Source: Octopus sinensis (lineage: Eukaryota). Taken from it: 64,000 nt of DNA. Shown here piece after piece: positions 36,991 through 51,074 of this stretch. The notes beneath the pieces are model-generated. The model was not told where the DNA came from and did no database searches. It saw nothing but the letters and a program-made list of their open reading frames with translations. Positions within the stretch are counted from its first letter, which is position 1; every line of letters begins with the position of its first letter. A program made the translations under genes and the position numbers. The DNA is taken from assembly GCF_006345805.1 (NCBI RefSeq), contig NC_043003.1, positions 108,376,001-108,440,000 of the forward strand, in the 5' to 3' direction.

Positions 36991-37397
36991 TATAAGAGGG
37001 AAAATTTTAACCACTATGTGGAAACCCTTATGCTAGAAGAAGATCCGATATGGTCTCAGCCACTAAGAATTGTTCTCCAGAAAATATGATAGGTGGAACT
37101 ACATACATTTTCGACCTCGTGTTGATATCTAGTGTGTAGTTCTACAAATGATATCTTGCAAAGAGGATCACACTGACGATCTACAGATAAATTGTGTAAG
37201 TAAAATTACGTAATTTGTTGATAGAGAAACAATTGTTTGTGATTAATCTATATTTTTGTTACTTTTCATTTGTCTTGCTCGCTTACGTTTTTGGTGTGCT
37301 AAATTTTCTGGAGAACAATTCTTAGTGGTTGAGACCATAGAGGATCTTCTTCTAGCATAAGGGTTTCCACATAGTGGTTAAAAAATTCCCTCTTATA
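36991..37397 (+). mobile_element. Foldback element: 95-bp inverted arms with an intact HHR in the spacer
   Basis: Arms 36991-37085 and 37303-37397, a few mismatches and no indel; (TA)n on the left flank. Confidence 0.85.
37166..37244 (+). ncRNA. Type I hammerhead ribozyme, complete core
   Basis: Stem I GATCACA/TGTGATT, core CTGACGA (37173-79), extended stem II TCTAcaGATAAATT...AATTTGTTgaTAGA, GAAA, loopless palindromic stem III ACAATTGT, GUU triplet. Predicted cut after 37237. Confidence 0.8.
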
Positions 37398-37506
37398 TTT
37401 ATGTATGAAATACTACTTACTGAATCTCAGTTTTTTTATATGCTAGACCACTGGTGTTAAAATTGATGTTATCAAATTAATATCCAATTTTTCACCCTCA
37501 TTTTGA

Positions 37507-37617
<111 letters not shown>

Positions 37618-37717
37618 GTGATGCAAACAGGAAAAATAGAACTCAAAATATGAATATATATATATTTTTTTTAATATTTAGCAGAAGCAACAGTTATTCG
37701 TTTCATGTGTTGGCATA

Positions 37718-38005
37718 TACGTGGTCTGATCAATAAGTATCCGGACTGTTGCCATAGTAACGAAGCTAAAGCACGCGAAATGAAGCCGCTTGGCACAGGT
37801 TGACCTTGAACTCTGTTGTGCATGAATACTAAGTTTTAAAGTTCTAGCTTACTTCCGCTATTTACAGTAGTGCTTGGAAGTAACGTGTGTAGCGCGTGAT
37901 CATCGCATTAACCATAACAGAGAAAGTTGAGCAGAGAATCTGCATCAAATTTTGCCAAAAGCTTGGCGATACCTGCTCAGAGGTCTACGTAAAGTGTTCA
38001 AAAAG
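37718..38005 (+). mobile_element. Mariner 5' fragment
   Basis: TA followed by TIR-like CGTGGTCTGATCAATAAGTATCCGGACT; transposase N-terminus EKVEQRICIKFCQKLG. Confidence 0.75.
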
Positions 38006-38340
38006 GATTAACGGTTTAACGTGATGCAGTCTTGGTTAACTGTTTAGAAAATGCTGCCAGATGCTACGGACTAAAAGTCATCTTCAGGAAGATAGCTGTA
38101 GCACCAACCAGCACATCGACACCCAAAACAGAATCCTATTGTTCGTTGTAGACAGACAAACACACAGACAGACATGCATACATACATACTTACATACATA
38201 CAGACATACAGACAGACAGACAAACAGACTTATAGGTAGATAGACAGACAAATAGACACACACACTCACAGAAACACAGACACACATACAGACGCATACA
38301 TACAAACATACATACATACTTACATACATACATGCATAAC

Positions 38341-38406
<66 letters not shown>

Positions 38407-38568
38407 CGACGGATGGACGAACAGACGGACGGACAGACAGACAGACAGACAGACTTATAGGTAGATAGACAGACAGACAAATAGACATACACACACACTC
38501 ACAGAAACACAGACACACATACAGACACATACATACAAACATACAGACAGACAGACAGACAGACAGAC

Positions 38569-38638
<70 letters not shown>

Positions 38639-39209
38639 TAGTGTGTGACTGTGAGGGATTTAGCTACTATTTTCAGCATGTTGAGCTAAAATTGCTTATC
38701 AACTCTTCCCTGTGCCTCTCTGTCTTATCATGTCTTCAGATTATTTTACTGAAGTGGCAGACAGCTTTTTCAAAGGTCCCTTTTAGAGATGGTGATAAAA
38801 AGTGAACAGTTTTCGATTACATAGATTCATAACAACAGCATCATTATTACTAGAGTGTTTTATTCCGTTATTCACAACAGAAACATTATTAGTATTTCAT
38901 AAATTCTCAACAGCAGTTGAGAAGAACTCAATGAAAGCAAATCAAAATCTTCCAAGCACGATTAAAAGTATTATGAGTTTTCTGAGAACTTAGGTACTTT
39001 CTATGGATTATTAGCCCAGTTGTTTTACTGGAGACTGCGCTTTAGGATCGCTTTCAATACCCGAACTTAATTGGTCGCAGATTTCCTTGCAAAGAAAAAT
39101 TAGCAGCGTTTCTCTGCCAGAATCTTAAGACAAAATATTAAATATCTCAACAGTTGTGTGTGTATTTATAGGTGAGTGTGCGTGTATGCGTATGTGTACA
39201 TATATAATG

Positions 39210-39247
<38 letters not shown>

Positions 39248-39307
39248 TGTGCGTGTATGCGTATGTGTACATATATAATGCGTGTGTGTGTGTGTGTGTG
39301 TGTGTGT

Positions 39308-39343
<36 letters not shown>

Positions 39344-39528
39344 TGCGTGTGTATTCTTCCCCACCGTACCTCCGACCCGGTCATATTGTCCTGCAGGTGT
39401 TGACCTGCTTCAATATAAACTGAACATTAACATCAGCCTCACGGGTCTAGAAGGGCCTGAAACAATCATATACGGTCTGTCCCTTCCCCCAGAATCAGTG
39501 AATATCTATTTGTGTATATGCATGCATA

Positions 39529-39570
<42 letters not shown>

Positions 39571-40539
39571 CATACATACATACATACATACATACATACA
39601 TACATACATACATACATACATACATACATACGTACGTACGTACATACATGCATACATGCATATGTGCGTTTGTAAGTATATCATATTTTACACAGACGCG
39701 CGCGCATCTGTATATGTGTGTGTGTGCGTGCGTGCGTGTGTATTTGTATGTGTGTGTGTGTGTCTGTGTGTGTGTGTGTGTGTATGCATTTCAAGTGAAA
39801 GACATGTCATCGCCCTAATCGACATGTTCCTCTCTGTCTGACATCATCGGCTATTATCAATCATGAAAGGACTCACAAGAAGTGCTAAGTTAATCTTCAG
39901 TTTTTGGAAGTCATCAAACTTGGTTAGGACATTTTCCCACATTTCTTGTATTTCACCTTAGTACTCTTCTAGTCCGTAGTCTTTTATTTCGATATCAGGC
40001 AATGTATTTATTGTCTTATTAATAATAGGAAAAGTGACTGTAATTTCTCGGCAATATGTTCCTTTCGGCAAGAAATATATTCAACCTTTCAACATAGTCA
40101 GCATATTTTTTTGTTTAAGAAAAGTAACAGTAAGCACTCACAGATTACCAGACCTACTCAAGATAATGCTGGTTGACAACGTAATGGAAAGAGATAGCAT
40201 TGGATTTATCTTTAATCTTTTGTTCTTCAATAACATTAAATAACTTCCTTGTTTTCCTACTTAAGACTATGAAAACGACAGTTATTATGAACTCTCGTCT
40301 TCAAACTGTCGTTCATAATATTTTCATACTTGAAGTAACTGAATGCCATTTGTTCACAATGAGTAGTGAAACTCGTCGATATTTCAACAGATGGAGAGTA
40401 TCCAACATAAGAAGGTAACTGAGTTGTATTTCCCGCCAAGTGATCAAATTTCAGAAGCTTAACAAAAAATATCAGGAGATACTGTGTTTATAATTGTTAC
40501 TTTTTATTAAGAGGTCGGTTGCCTTCTCGATTAACCGTT

Positions 40540-41030
40540 CCTAGGATGGGACGAGGGCCTTCAGTCTTTGCAGGGTTGGCATATGTGAGATTGTGTTTGT
40601 AATATAGAAGTTCATCTAGATCTGAAATGAATTTTGTTTCCACTACTTTAAACATAGTCAGTTGGGCTGTTACACGAAGGTCATCAGCGTAGATGAACCT
40701 CTAAATTTTCTAGTTCATTGGCTGGTCATTTGTGTATATGCTATATGGAATGTGACGAACACACAAGGGGATGGACATGGATGAGGAAGCACCCTCTTTA
40801 TTTTTAGTCGCTGGGCCGGGAGCTGGAAATTATGGAAGAGGTAGCGTTTATCACTTTTGTCGTCGCGACTTGACTGGCCACTTCTAGTTTGATATCAGCG
40901 GGGTCAATGCTACTGTGGGGGTGCAGGGTGTTTGCGTTGATGGGTTTCATGCATGTCTGTGGAGTACTCAGTAATTTGTGAGTTAATTTTATCCTCGTGT
41001 GGTAATGAAAAGTGAAACCGACATCCAATA
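40540..41030 (-). mobile_element. Non-LTR retrotransposon RT fragment (I/Jockey-group-like)
   Basis: Reverse complement IYTNDQP..FIYADDLRVTAQ..ANPAKT, with YADD at 40680-40691. Confidence 0.75.
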
Positions 41031-41987
41031 TTTGCTGTGTGTATGCATCTATGTATGAACCTTTCTTTGGATTTATGTATCTACTGTCACACTCACTTAC
41101 TCTTTTTCTCTTTCACTTCCTTTGTGTCCCTCTTCTCTCCCGCTTTTGATTTAACAATGTGTATATGTATCTATGTATCTACTTCTCTTGCGATGTGATA
41201 AACATTTAAAAACACAACACGAATGCCGTCACCACTCACTGTCTCTTTCTCTCTCTCTCCCTCTCTCTCTCCCTCTCTTTCTCTCTCACTCTCTCACTCT
41301 CTCTTTCTCTCTCACTTTTTCTCTCTCTCTCTTTCACTCTCTTTCTTTCTCTTTTATGTCCTCTCTGAAACATTTAAAAACGCAAAACGAACGCCATCAC
41401 CACCCACTATCTCTTTCACTATCTCTCTCTCTCTCTTTCTCTCTCACTCTCTCACTTTCTCTCTCACTCTCCATTTCTCTCTCCCTCTCTTACTTCCTCT
41501 CTGTCCTCCTCTCTCTCTTTTCCTTGCTACTTCTTTGAAGTAAGTGTGACGCACACAACAGGTACGTACAAAAACAAAAAGTTAGCGTATTAATATTATT
41601 GATAATATAATAAATTTGAATGTCAGTGTGTCACACTTTTTTATCTTTACACCTAGAGGCCATAGCCCAACATATCATACCATTTGGGAATCAGGCTGAC
41701 TCCGTGAGTAAATTAAAAACATTCCGGACCGAATCCGGACCTGCAATCCTGAAATTTTGGATTCCTATGTTTTCATTACTGCGATTGTTTTCGACGATTT
41801 TTTTTACATCATTTTTTGCGACGAATATGATCATGATTGGGATATGACTCTGGGGGAAACAATTGCAACAAATTCTCCAAAACAAGTCAGAGTTCTGTTT
41901 GCAGATCTTCCCATTCGGGGTCAGTTGCTTAAAAGCTTTATACTAGCTTAAAAACCGTCCGATGCAGCGGCTTTTAAGCTGGTATAT

Positions 41988-42051
<64 letters not shown>

Positions 42052-42053
<2 letters not shown>

Positions 42054-42290
42054 GCGCCCTTTTAAAAGCCTATCCAGGTTCATGGACCCGGTTTCCCGGT
42101 TTCTATGGCGTATGTGTTCCCCAGCTGGACGGGACGCCAGTCCATCACAGCGTTACTCATTTTTGCCAGCTGAGTGGACTGGAGAAACGTGAAATGGAGT
42201 GTTTTGCTCAAGAACACAACGCGTCGCCAGGTCCAGGAATCGAAACCACAATCTTTAAATCATGATGCTGACACTAAGTCATGCATAATG
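42052..42290 (-). mobile_element. tRNA-derived SINE sharing its tail with 6807-7118
   Basis: B box ggtttcgattcc, CORE-like segment and tail gaaaccgggaaaccgggtccatgaacc. Confidence 0.8.
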
Positions 42291-43080
42291 ACTTTATGCA
42301 AAGAATATGCATGAGATGAAAAACAGCCTTGACAACATTCTCAAAGGATGCAGTATTGGAGTTTGGTCAGGATAAATTCTGGTTGTGAAAAGGGGAAAAC
42401 TATAAATCAGACTAGTAACGTCTTCATTAAGGATTTGACTGTTCCTCCTGCATCTGACGAGGCATGTTACAGCTATCTAGGGGTGGATGAAAATATATCT
42501 TACAGTGGCACCTGTAACAAAACACGTGTCACTAAAGAATATTACAACCGAATAAAGAAACTTTGGACCTCAGAACTCTCTGCATTCAATAAAACAATGT
42601 CCCACTGAGTGTTTGCAGTGCCAGTACTCATACCAACATTTGGGCTGCTTGTTGGCCGCTTGATGTGACCCGAGCCATTCATGTGAAAACCCGGAAAATA
42701 CTAATAAGTACACATAATTTCCACATAAACAGTGATGTAGACCGCCTCTACCTAAAACGAAAACAAGGCCGAAGAAGCTTAACATCGATCCAAAATGTCT
42801 TTGAATGTCACATCACATCCCTTCGGCAACATCTTTTAACCACTAAGTGTCGAAGCGCATCCATTGATAAAGTTTGCATACATGAGGCTGATAACATCCT
42901 AAGACTTGGAAGGCAGCTCTTTGAGCAACACATTTTGTCCGATAGCCTAGAATACATGCCTAAAGAAGTCACATGACTCTACCGCAACGTATCATCAGAT
43001 GAAAAGATGAGCCTATGTGAGCCTAAGACTGTCCGTGATGGTAGTAGCATCGATCATCAAAGTAGTTTATCATGGGCCGC
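42290..43080 (+). mobile_element. Internal fragment of a second R4/Dong-like LINE subfamily
   Basis: EFGQDK..VVKRGK, YSYLGVDE, KTRKIL..HINSDVDRLYLKRKQGRRSL are homologous to 10230-10700. Confidence 0.8.
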
Positions 43081-43379
43081 GATTGATAGCGTCCTGAAAT
43101 AATGGTTTCAAATTTTGGCACAAAGCCAGCAATTTCGGGTAGTGCGTAAGTCGATTACATCGACCTCAGTACCCAACTGGTACTTATTTTATTGCTCCCG
43201 AAAGGACGAAAAGCAAAATCGACCTCGGCAGCATTTGAACTCAAAACGTTAAGTCGGAAGAAATGCCACTAAGCATTTTTCCTGGCGCAATAACGATTCT
43301 GCCAGCACGTCACCTTGTAGCGTCCTGAAATATCGGTTTCAAATTTTTGGACAAACCCAGTAGTGTCGGGAAAGAGGTC

Positions 43380-44105
43380 AAGTCGATTAGAATTTTCTTC
43401 AGGTCGAGTAACCCATCCCACTCAAAAGGTCTCTGAATAAAGTTTGAACGAAACACCCATGTTTCCAGCAGTGGGTTATCCAAACCCCAAAGAATTCCTT
43501 TCAACACATGGCTATGATGCTCACCCACTACTCTTGCTCGAGATCAGAGATGCCACTAAGGGATATTCTCATCTGGTTAAGATCAAGCAACTGACAAAAA
43601 TGTCTGTGGTATACCCATCATGACTACCCATCTGATATGTGTACACTAGGTACATGCATCACAACCATATGTGCGCGACATGGTGATCTCATATCAAGAT
43701 AAACAGCACATGACCTTGCAGGTGGGGAACAGTTAGAATTTTCTTCTGGTCGAGTAACCCATCCCGCTCAAAAGGTCCCTGAATAAGGGTTGTTTAAGGA
43801 TGTTGAATGAAACACCCATGTTTCCAGAGGTGAACTATTCAAACCCCAAAGAATTCCTCTCAACACATGGCTATGATGCTCCCCCACTACTTCTGCTCGT
43901 GATCAGAGATGCACATATCGTCAGCCACTAAGGGACATGCTCAACTGGTTAAGGTCAAACAACTGACAAGCAAATCTGTGGTATTGAGCAGAATATTTGC
44001 TGTAGCCCATCTTTTATACCAAGACAAAACAATGTACATGATAACACTTCCAATCAGTTAAGATCAGAAGCCACGAGAGCCACTGCCTGCTACTGCATCA
44101 GGGCA
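43380..44105 (+). mobile_element. Interspersed repeat (SINE or LINE 3' UTR) in two tandem partial copies, (ATT)/(ATC)n tail
   Basis: ttagaattttcttc.ggtcgagtaacccatccc.ctcaaaagg occurs at about 43388 and 43731. An inverted copy lies at 59270-59462. Confidence 0.75.
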
Positions 44106-44156
44106 TTTATTATCATTATTATTATTATCATTATTATTATCATCATCATCATCATT

Positions 44157-44188
<32 letters not shown>

Positions 44189-44883
44189 TTTTTACAAATT
44201 GCGATAAACAGCAATTTAAGAGTAAAGGGATAAAAATCAGTATTTAAAAAAGTATATTGACTTTGAATATTAATCCTACCTCTGTAGCACCCTTTATTTA
44301 CTCAGAAATTTGTCTAAGCAACTCCCTATCAACAATATGTCAACCTTTGTCAGTTCTATGTGACTCTTTGTAACACCATTCTCTGTAACCAGGTATTTTC
44401 TGGTCATTGGCGAAGTTTGGCTGTTTTTAATTACCGCCCTTCCAAAGTTAAGTACTTTAGAGTTACTTCCCTTGTGTTAACTCTATGAAGGCCTCGATTT
44501 ATTGCGAATAATACCAATTATAATATAGTGTTTACACAATAATGATGCGAGCTAATAAAGAGAAATTTTTATATATATCGCCTCCAAGTGAGTGCTGTGT
44601 TTTAAGCGTGTATCCGTCGCCTACTAAAGGTCTCTATTTTGTTACGAACTCTTATTGATTGAGAAATTATCAGGAAGACATCGCAGCTCTTCACCAACGT
44701 TCACTTCAGCTGACTGAAATAAATAATTCATATTCTGTTTGTCGTACTGAGAACTTTTTATTTTATACGTAACTACTAACGTGTGCGTGCGATCACGTGT
44801 GTATGATATACATACATACGTACATACATACGTACGTACATACGTACGTACGTACGTATGTATGTATGTATTATGTATGTATG

Positions 44884-44917
<34 letters not shown>

Positions 44918-45196
44918 TGTATGTATGTATGTATGTATGTATGTATGTATGTATGTATTATTTATGTATGTAGGTATTAGTTATAGGATTCAATAGAATC
45001 TGGGCACATTAATACGAAGAACACGAGAAGTGTATAGAATACACTTCGTAGCGCTCAAAAGATTGAAACTTGAGCAGATAGAAGAGTAAATGTAAGAACA
45101 GGCAAGTTAGGCAAATCGATATACAAAAGATATATTAAACACATTAACTTGTTTGTCCTTACATTTACCCATATGTATATACATGTATATATATAC

Positions 45197-45257
<61 letters not shown>

Positions 45258-45362
45258 AGTATGTATGGATGTATGTATGTATGTACGTATGTATATACAT
45301 ATGGGTAAATGTATATATACATACATATATATATATGTATGTATATATGTATATATGCACAT

Positions 45363-45579
45363 ATATATATTATTTTCTCCTCTAGGCACAAGGCCCGAAA
45401 TTTTGAGGGAGGGGGCCAGTCGATTAGATCGATCCCAGTACGCAACTAGTACTTAATTTATCGACCCCGAAAGGATGAAAGGCAAAGTCGACCTCGGCAG
45501 AATTAAAACTCAGAACGTAAAGACAGACGAAATACCGCTTAGCATTTCACCCGACCTGCTAACGTTTCTCCCAGCTCGC

Positions 45580-45626
<47 letters not shown>

Positions 45627-45873
45627 ATATATATATATATATATACTTTTACTACCCACAAGGGGCTAAACACAGAGGTGACAAACAAGGACAGACAAAG
45701 CGATTAAGTCGATTCCATCGACCCCAGCGCGTAACTGGTACTTAATTTATCGACCCCAAAAGGATGAAAGGCAAAGTCAACCTCGGCGGAATTTGAACTC
45801 AGAACGTAACGGCAGACGAAATACGGCTACGCATTTCGACCGGCGTGCTACCGTTTCTGCCAGCTCGCCGCCT
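45363..45873 (-). mobile_element. Two family-B SINEs (45363-45580, 45645-45873), CpG-rich
   Basis: Near-consensus heads and bodies with CpGs intact. Confidence 0.88.
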
Positions 45874-45887
45874 TATATATATGTATA

Positions 45888-45930
<43 letters not shown>

Positions 45931-45956
45931 GTATACACACACACACACACACACAC

Positions 45957-45988
<32 letters not shown>

Positions 45989-46007
45989 CAGGCACATACA
46001 CACACAC

Positions 46008-46065
<58 letters not shown>

Positions 46066-46157
46066 TATATATATATAATATGTATATATGTACGTATGTA
46101 TGTATGTATGTATGTAAGTATGCATGTATGTATGTATGTATGTATGATGTATGTATG

Positions 46158-46195
<38 letters not shown>

Positions 46196-47074
46196 GGCAG
46201 TAGAGTAGGGGAGTGCGCGAATTTTTATGACCGCAGAGGGTGGCCAATTTTGTTTTCTGTTGGGCCGTTCTCGTATGACACATATGACGATCAGAGATAC
46301 AAATTATGAAATATCTTGAATATTTACAAGAATTGTGTCAATTCATTTTCCACGGTGACGTTTGATTATCCATGCAATTATTAAATAAAACATTTTCTTT
46401 TTTATCTCGAGTTTTTTGAAGAGGAAATCGTACTTATTTTATCGACTCTGAAAGGATGAAAGACAAAGTCGACTCCGGTAACTTAGAACGTAAAGTTGTT
46501 TGATTAACACTAGAAATCATTTTGCCTTTTTTTTTCAAATGTGCGAAGGAGGGTTTTTAAACATTATTCTATGAAAGAGGCGCTGAGCCGTGAAAGCTTA
46601 AGATCCACTGGACTAGGGTTATATTCAGATTCAAATTTGTCTAAGCTAAGATAAGCAAGCTATGGCCCGCAGGACTTGCTGAGTGGCACATCTAACGAAA
46701 AAATTGCCTTGAAATGTTTAGTAGTGCGGCCCGTCTCATGAGCTACGCTCCACGCGGACCGAGGCGCGAGAAAGGTTGCTTTTAGACCTAATCATACACG
46801 ACTTCTTTAAGAGACAAGCAATAGAATTAACCCAAACTATATCTCTATTATAATAAACAGATGGGAACCATGAGTTTATTGAAGTACAAATATAAATGAA
46901 TGGCTGTTATTAAATTATTTCACTCAATACGACTGAGGAAAGTATCTTCAGTCTCTGAGATTTAATAGCGAAGGGGAAAAACTCTTGTTAACTTGAGAGT
47001 ATTTGTTCGTGGTATGTATTTTAAAACACAGGTAAAAATTGCACTGATAATCCAGTATTATCAATATTATGTAA

Positions 47075-47665
47075 TTTCGCGGAGGTCGGCTTTGCCTTTC
47101 ATCCTTTCGGGGTCGATAAATTGGGTATCAGTTGCGTACTGGGGTCGATCTAATCGACTGGTCCCCTCCCCAAAAATATCGGGCCTTGTCCTAGAGTAGA
47201 AGTGATTGTGTAATATTCTATCCTTTACAATTACTTTAGTTTTTGTTTTGCTAAATATTTCGTTAAATTAAGCGGAAAAGAATAATGGAGGAAAGAAGTA
47301 TCTGAATAATTTCTTGTTCGACTTGGAGCTTGACAATTTTTACATAGCAATGTAGATAGATAGGCAGACATATGTATATATATATATATCAGTTAAAATG
47401 GTACCAGTATAAAACTTGTACTTATAAAGATGTATATATAATTAAACTGACCTCAGAATAAAAATGTTTAGAATCACGCTTTAATATTGGCTTCAAACAT
47501 TAGCACAAGGTCAACAATATCAGGGGAGGGAAAAAGTTGATTACATCGACCTCAGGGTACGACTGGTACTTATTTTTTTTTATCGACCCTGAAAGGATGA
47601 GAAGCAAAGTCGACCATGACAGAATTTGAACTCAGAATGAAAAGACGGACGAAATGCCGCTAAGC
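47075..47665. mobile_element. Family-B SINE copies (47075-47205 +, 47480-47665 -)
   Basis: Family body sequence. Confidence 0.8.
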
Positions 47666-50600
47666 GTTTTTTTTCTTTACCTTTTCTGTTCTTTTAATTT
47701 GTTCAAGAGAAAACCCTCCTAGGTATGTGAAGTTGATGCTATTAACGTTTCACTTAAGCAATCTACAAGTTGACAACAGCAGGAAATTTCTGGAGCAGAG
47801 AAAACAGAGCCCACCTTGCGATTCGAACTACATATCTATCAACTGCCAGGCACACGTGGATCCTGACAGAGTAACCTATGAGCAAAAGCGTTCCACATAT
47901 GATCATCCCATTTTTATTTGTATATAAAGCATCCATGACATTTTCCAATGTGCCGTTGTCTTTTAAAAGCAATAGGGTTTTATTTGAGGGGGATTTGGCA
48001 GTTATTTCAAGCATGTTCAGTGATCATTTAGAAGTTCCTTATGTTAATTAGTTCTTGGGAGATAATTAATTCTAAGACATTTCGCTTTCTTTCCATTTGT
48101 TTCGAGATTCAACTCTTACTTGTGTTAAACTAAGGACTGGTGGTAATTAATTTAATGCAATTACACTAGGCACAATTGAATATTCAATAACCCCTTCCAG
48201 CATCAATATTGATCGGGCCGCCGAGTGTACTTAACTCTTGCTGGTCTACAAAGTTGTTAATAAGTATTATGTATAAGTACAGATCACTATTGCAAGCTGG
48301 GATCCAGCATAAGTATTAAGTCTGTGAGTATTACGGAGATGTTTAGCAAGATCATCGCATAATTAACAAATATCAAAAAGTTGCGATTAGGCGCATTGTA
48401 CAATTAACAAAAAACAAAATTGTCAGTCACAAGTGAGTGAGACTTGGCAGTAAGTAGCATGCTTTCGTTAATTCTTTTGTGTACCTGTAGAGGCACAAGC
48501 ATAGTCTCCCTCTCGAACCTACCTTCACCAGCAAACATCAAGGATGTAACACTAAAGAGCGAAGGAGAGCTGCACCAGCAATCGGCTGGGACTTTATTTT
48601 TCAAATGAGAAACAATATGAAATGAAGTGTAACCACGAGGTCATGTGCCTTCATACAGTCAACAGCATTATATTGCAGTATTAAGATAAAGTCTTCTTGT
48701 AGGAAACAAGTTCACTATTTAATGTTTTGTGTAGAGTAATCAATTGTATGTCAAGCCTATTGTTAAATTTTGATCTTGGTTCAAAAGATGAACCTGTTGT
48801 TGTGCATTCCCAAGTGTTTTGAGGTTCAGCAGAACTATGGCAACGCATATAACTAACAGAATGACTTGGCGCGACCTGCAGGTCTGTTATTCCAAATATG
48901 CTAATCAACCGACAAGCACAATCTAACATGCAGTAATAATTCCCTGGCGGCTATCAGCTCCATCTATAACTGTGCAACATTACTATCCTATGTAAAAACT
49001 CAGCATTTTGTCTACCTTTCTTTATCTTATAACAAAACAAACAAAAAGGATTTTTTTTCTTCAAATCACTCAAACATTCAACAAAAAATAAATGAAAGTG
49101 TTACTCCATAAAAACAAAAAGTTAAAAAATAACAATTTTGATTTTGTTCTAATGATTTTACGGTAAGATTTCTTAGCTAGAAAAGTAGGTTATATTTAAT
49201 GAGAAATTATACAAATGTAATTATAAAAGTGTCAGTATCACCATTTTATACCATTTTTTGCCGGTGCTTATAAAATGGGTAAAACAGGTTTCACATTTTT
49301 GTCTGGTCCGCACAGAATCAGTGGAAATTGTTGTTCCAACCAATTGATCGTACGGATGTAGGTATACATTATGCATGTGTGTGTGTATGCATGTATGTAT
49401 GCATGTATGAATGAATGTATGTATGTACGTGAGCATGCATACATGTACGTACGTACGTACATATGTATGCATGTATGTAAAGTGTGGCAGAGGAGGACGA
49501 CAAAGGAAAACATCAATAAACAAGCGACATGACGCATGTATTATGCATGTGTTTATGTACTGAAGACAGAACTGGGTTGAAGTCACCTTTTTTATGAAAG
49601 AATTTTCTTATTTCCTTGTATTAGTCCTATATGTTTAGTTTCAAGAGCATTTCAACTTAATCATCTGGATGAAATGATAATACAACAGAAGAGTCTTATT
49701 GCCACACTTTGTAGTTGACAGTAGAGTCAAATTAAAACTTTACAGGCCCCTGGGCTACGTCATTGGTAAACATCCCACTTTTGCAGTGAAAAATAAACCA
49801 ACTGGCTACACCACAACAATTTATCTCTCAGTGGATAGGTAAAGTAACATCGATCTTGATAGTTTCTAACCTTCTTAGACCTTCATCAGAGAAAGAACCT
49901 TCACCTCTGCCCGCAGACAAAGTATTTAGCTTACAGTTAGATCACTTACACTGATATATTGGTCTAATTTGCACAATCATGCATGTACGGACAGCTTGGT
50001 TAATTAATTCAGCTTTGAGTTAATTTGAAATATAATGCTGAAAGACCAGTTTAGCTGCTTTCAAGTTCGTTTACACAATAAATAACCATAAGCTACTAAT
50101 TTCTCCGTAGACAGACGAATAGTCTTCTTCTGATGAAGGTCAAACAACAAACTATGGATTAACCAGACTGATTTCCCTTTTTCACACACATAAATATACA
50201 TACGTATGTATACATATGTGTACACATATATACATATACATGTGTATACACACATATATACGTATGTATACCTACATATACGTGTATATGTACATAATGT
50301 ACGTGTGTGTGTGTGTGTGTGCGTGTGTGTTCGTGCATGTGTGCGTGGGTGTATACATTGGTTTATGTCAGACGAATGAAAAATAAGTGCTCACTCAAAA
50401 AGACAGATATACCTAAAAATATAAATATGTGTATGTATATGTATACACACATATATATATACATCCATTTGTAAATTAAGCAATAAATAAAATGATGTAA
50501 GTCATTTTCATCATCATTTTTCTGTTTGTTTATCCATGCATACAATAAGTTGGACCGGGTTTCTCAAACGCAACAATTCACAACTTGTTCGAGTCATTTG

Positions 50601-50700
50601 TCATCTCCTCAGATCAGTCTTTAGAAAGTCCTTCTCTATCTTCTTTCTTCCATTTGCTGTTTCTTTGACCAACTGTTATCATCTATACCTATCACAACTA

Positions 50701-50813
50701 GGTATCCTCAAAGTCCATCCCCTCCTCACCGTGGTGGGGACGCTGGCAACGGGTAGTGTCAGAGCTATGCCGTCGGGAACTTCGGTTCCTGGTAGGGCCA
50801 CCCAAGGTGGATT
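50701..50813 (+). ncRNA. Candidate HDV-like self-cleaving ribozyme
   Basis: P1 GGTATC/GACGCT (G1.U wobble; TA looks like decayed CG), P2 AGTCCATC/GGTGGATT, P3 CCC/GGG, L3 starting TCCTC with P1.1 GG at 50745-46, UUCG-capped P4, J4/2 CCAA. L3 is abnormally long (13 nt). Confidence 0.55.
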
Positions 50814-51074
50814 GGTCTGACACCAAGTGGTATTAGGGCCACAACCCAGCAGACGGGGTTCTGGTGAAAATCCCCAGAGTGTCTGCTTCGGCAACTGGCG
50901 GCTCCTCGGTCATTCTGTCCCTGCGTCTGCGGACAATCTGCGGCAAACAGGATGTCTCCACATGCGGGATTGTTGGGGATCACTTGTGAAATCCACATAT
51001 TCCCACGAAACTTCTTCCATGAGTAGAAGAAGCCGACTCAATCCACCCAGGGTGAATGTGACCACAAGTACAAG
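50701..51074 (+). mobile_element. Non-autonomous RTE-derived element (5' UTR + short 3' tail) with TSD
   Basis: TSD TATCACAACTA(GG) at 50690 and 51075; RTE-type 5' motif gctatgcc..ggtagggccacccaag; (CAAGTA)2 tail; no ORF. Confidence 0.8.

Noticed and set aside
49850-50155. Inverted pair of CTGATGAAGGTC motifs
   Set aside because: Stem II and flanks cannot be paired and the similarity is only about 13 bp; at most a very old HHR remnant.
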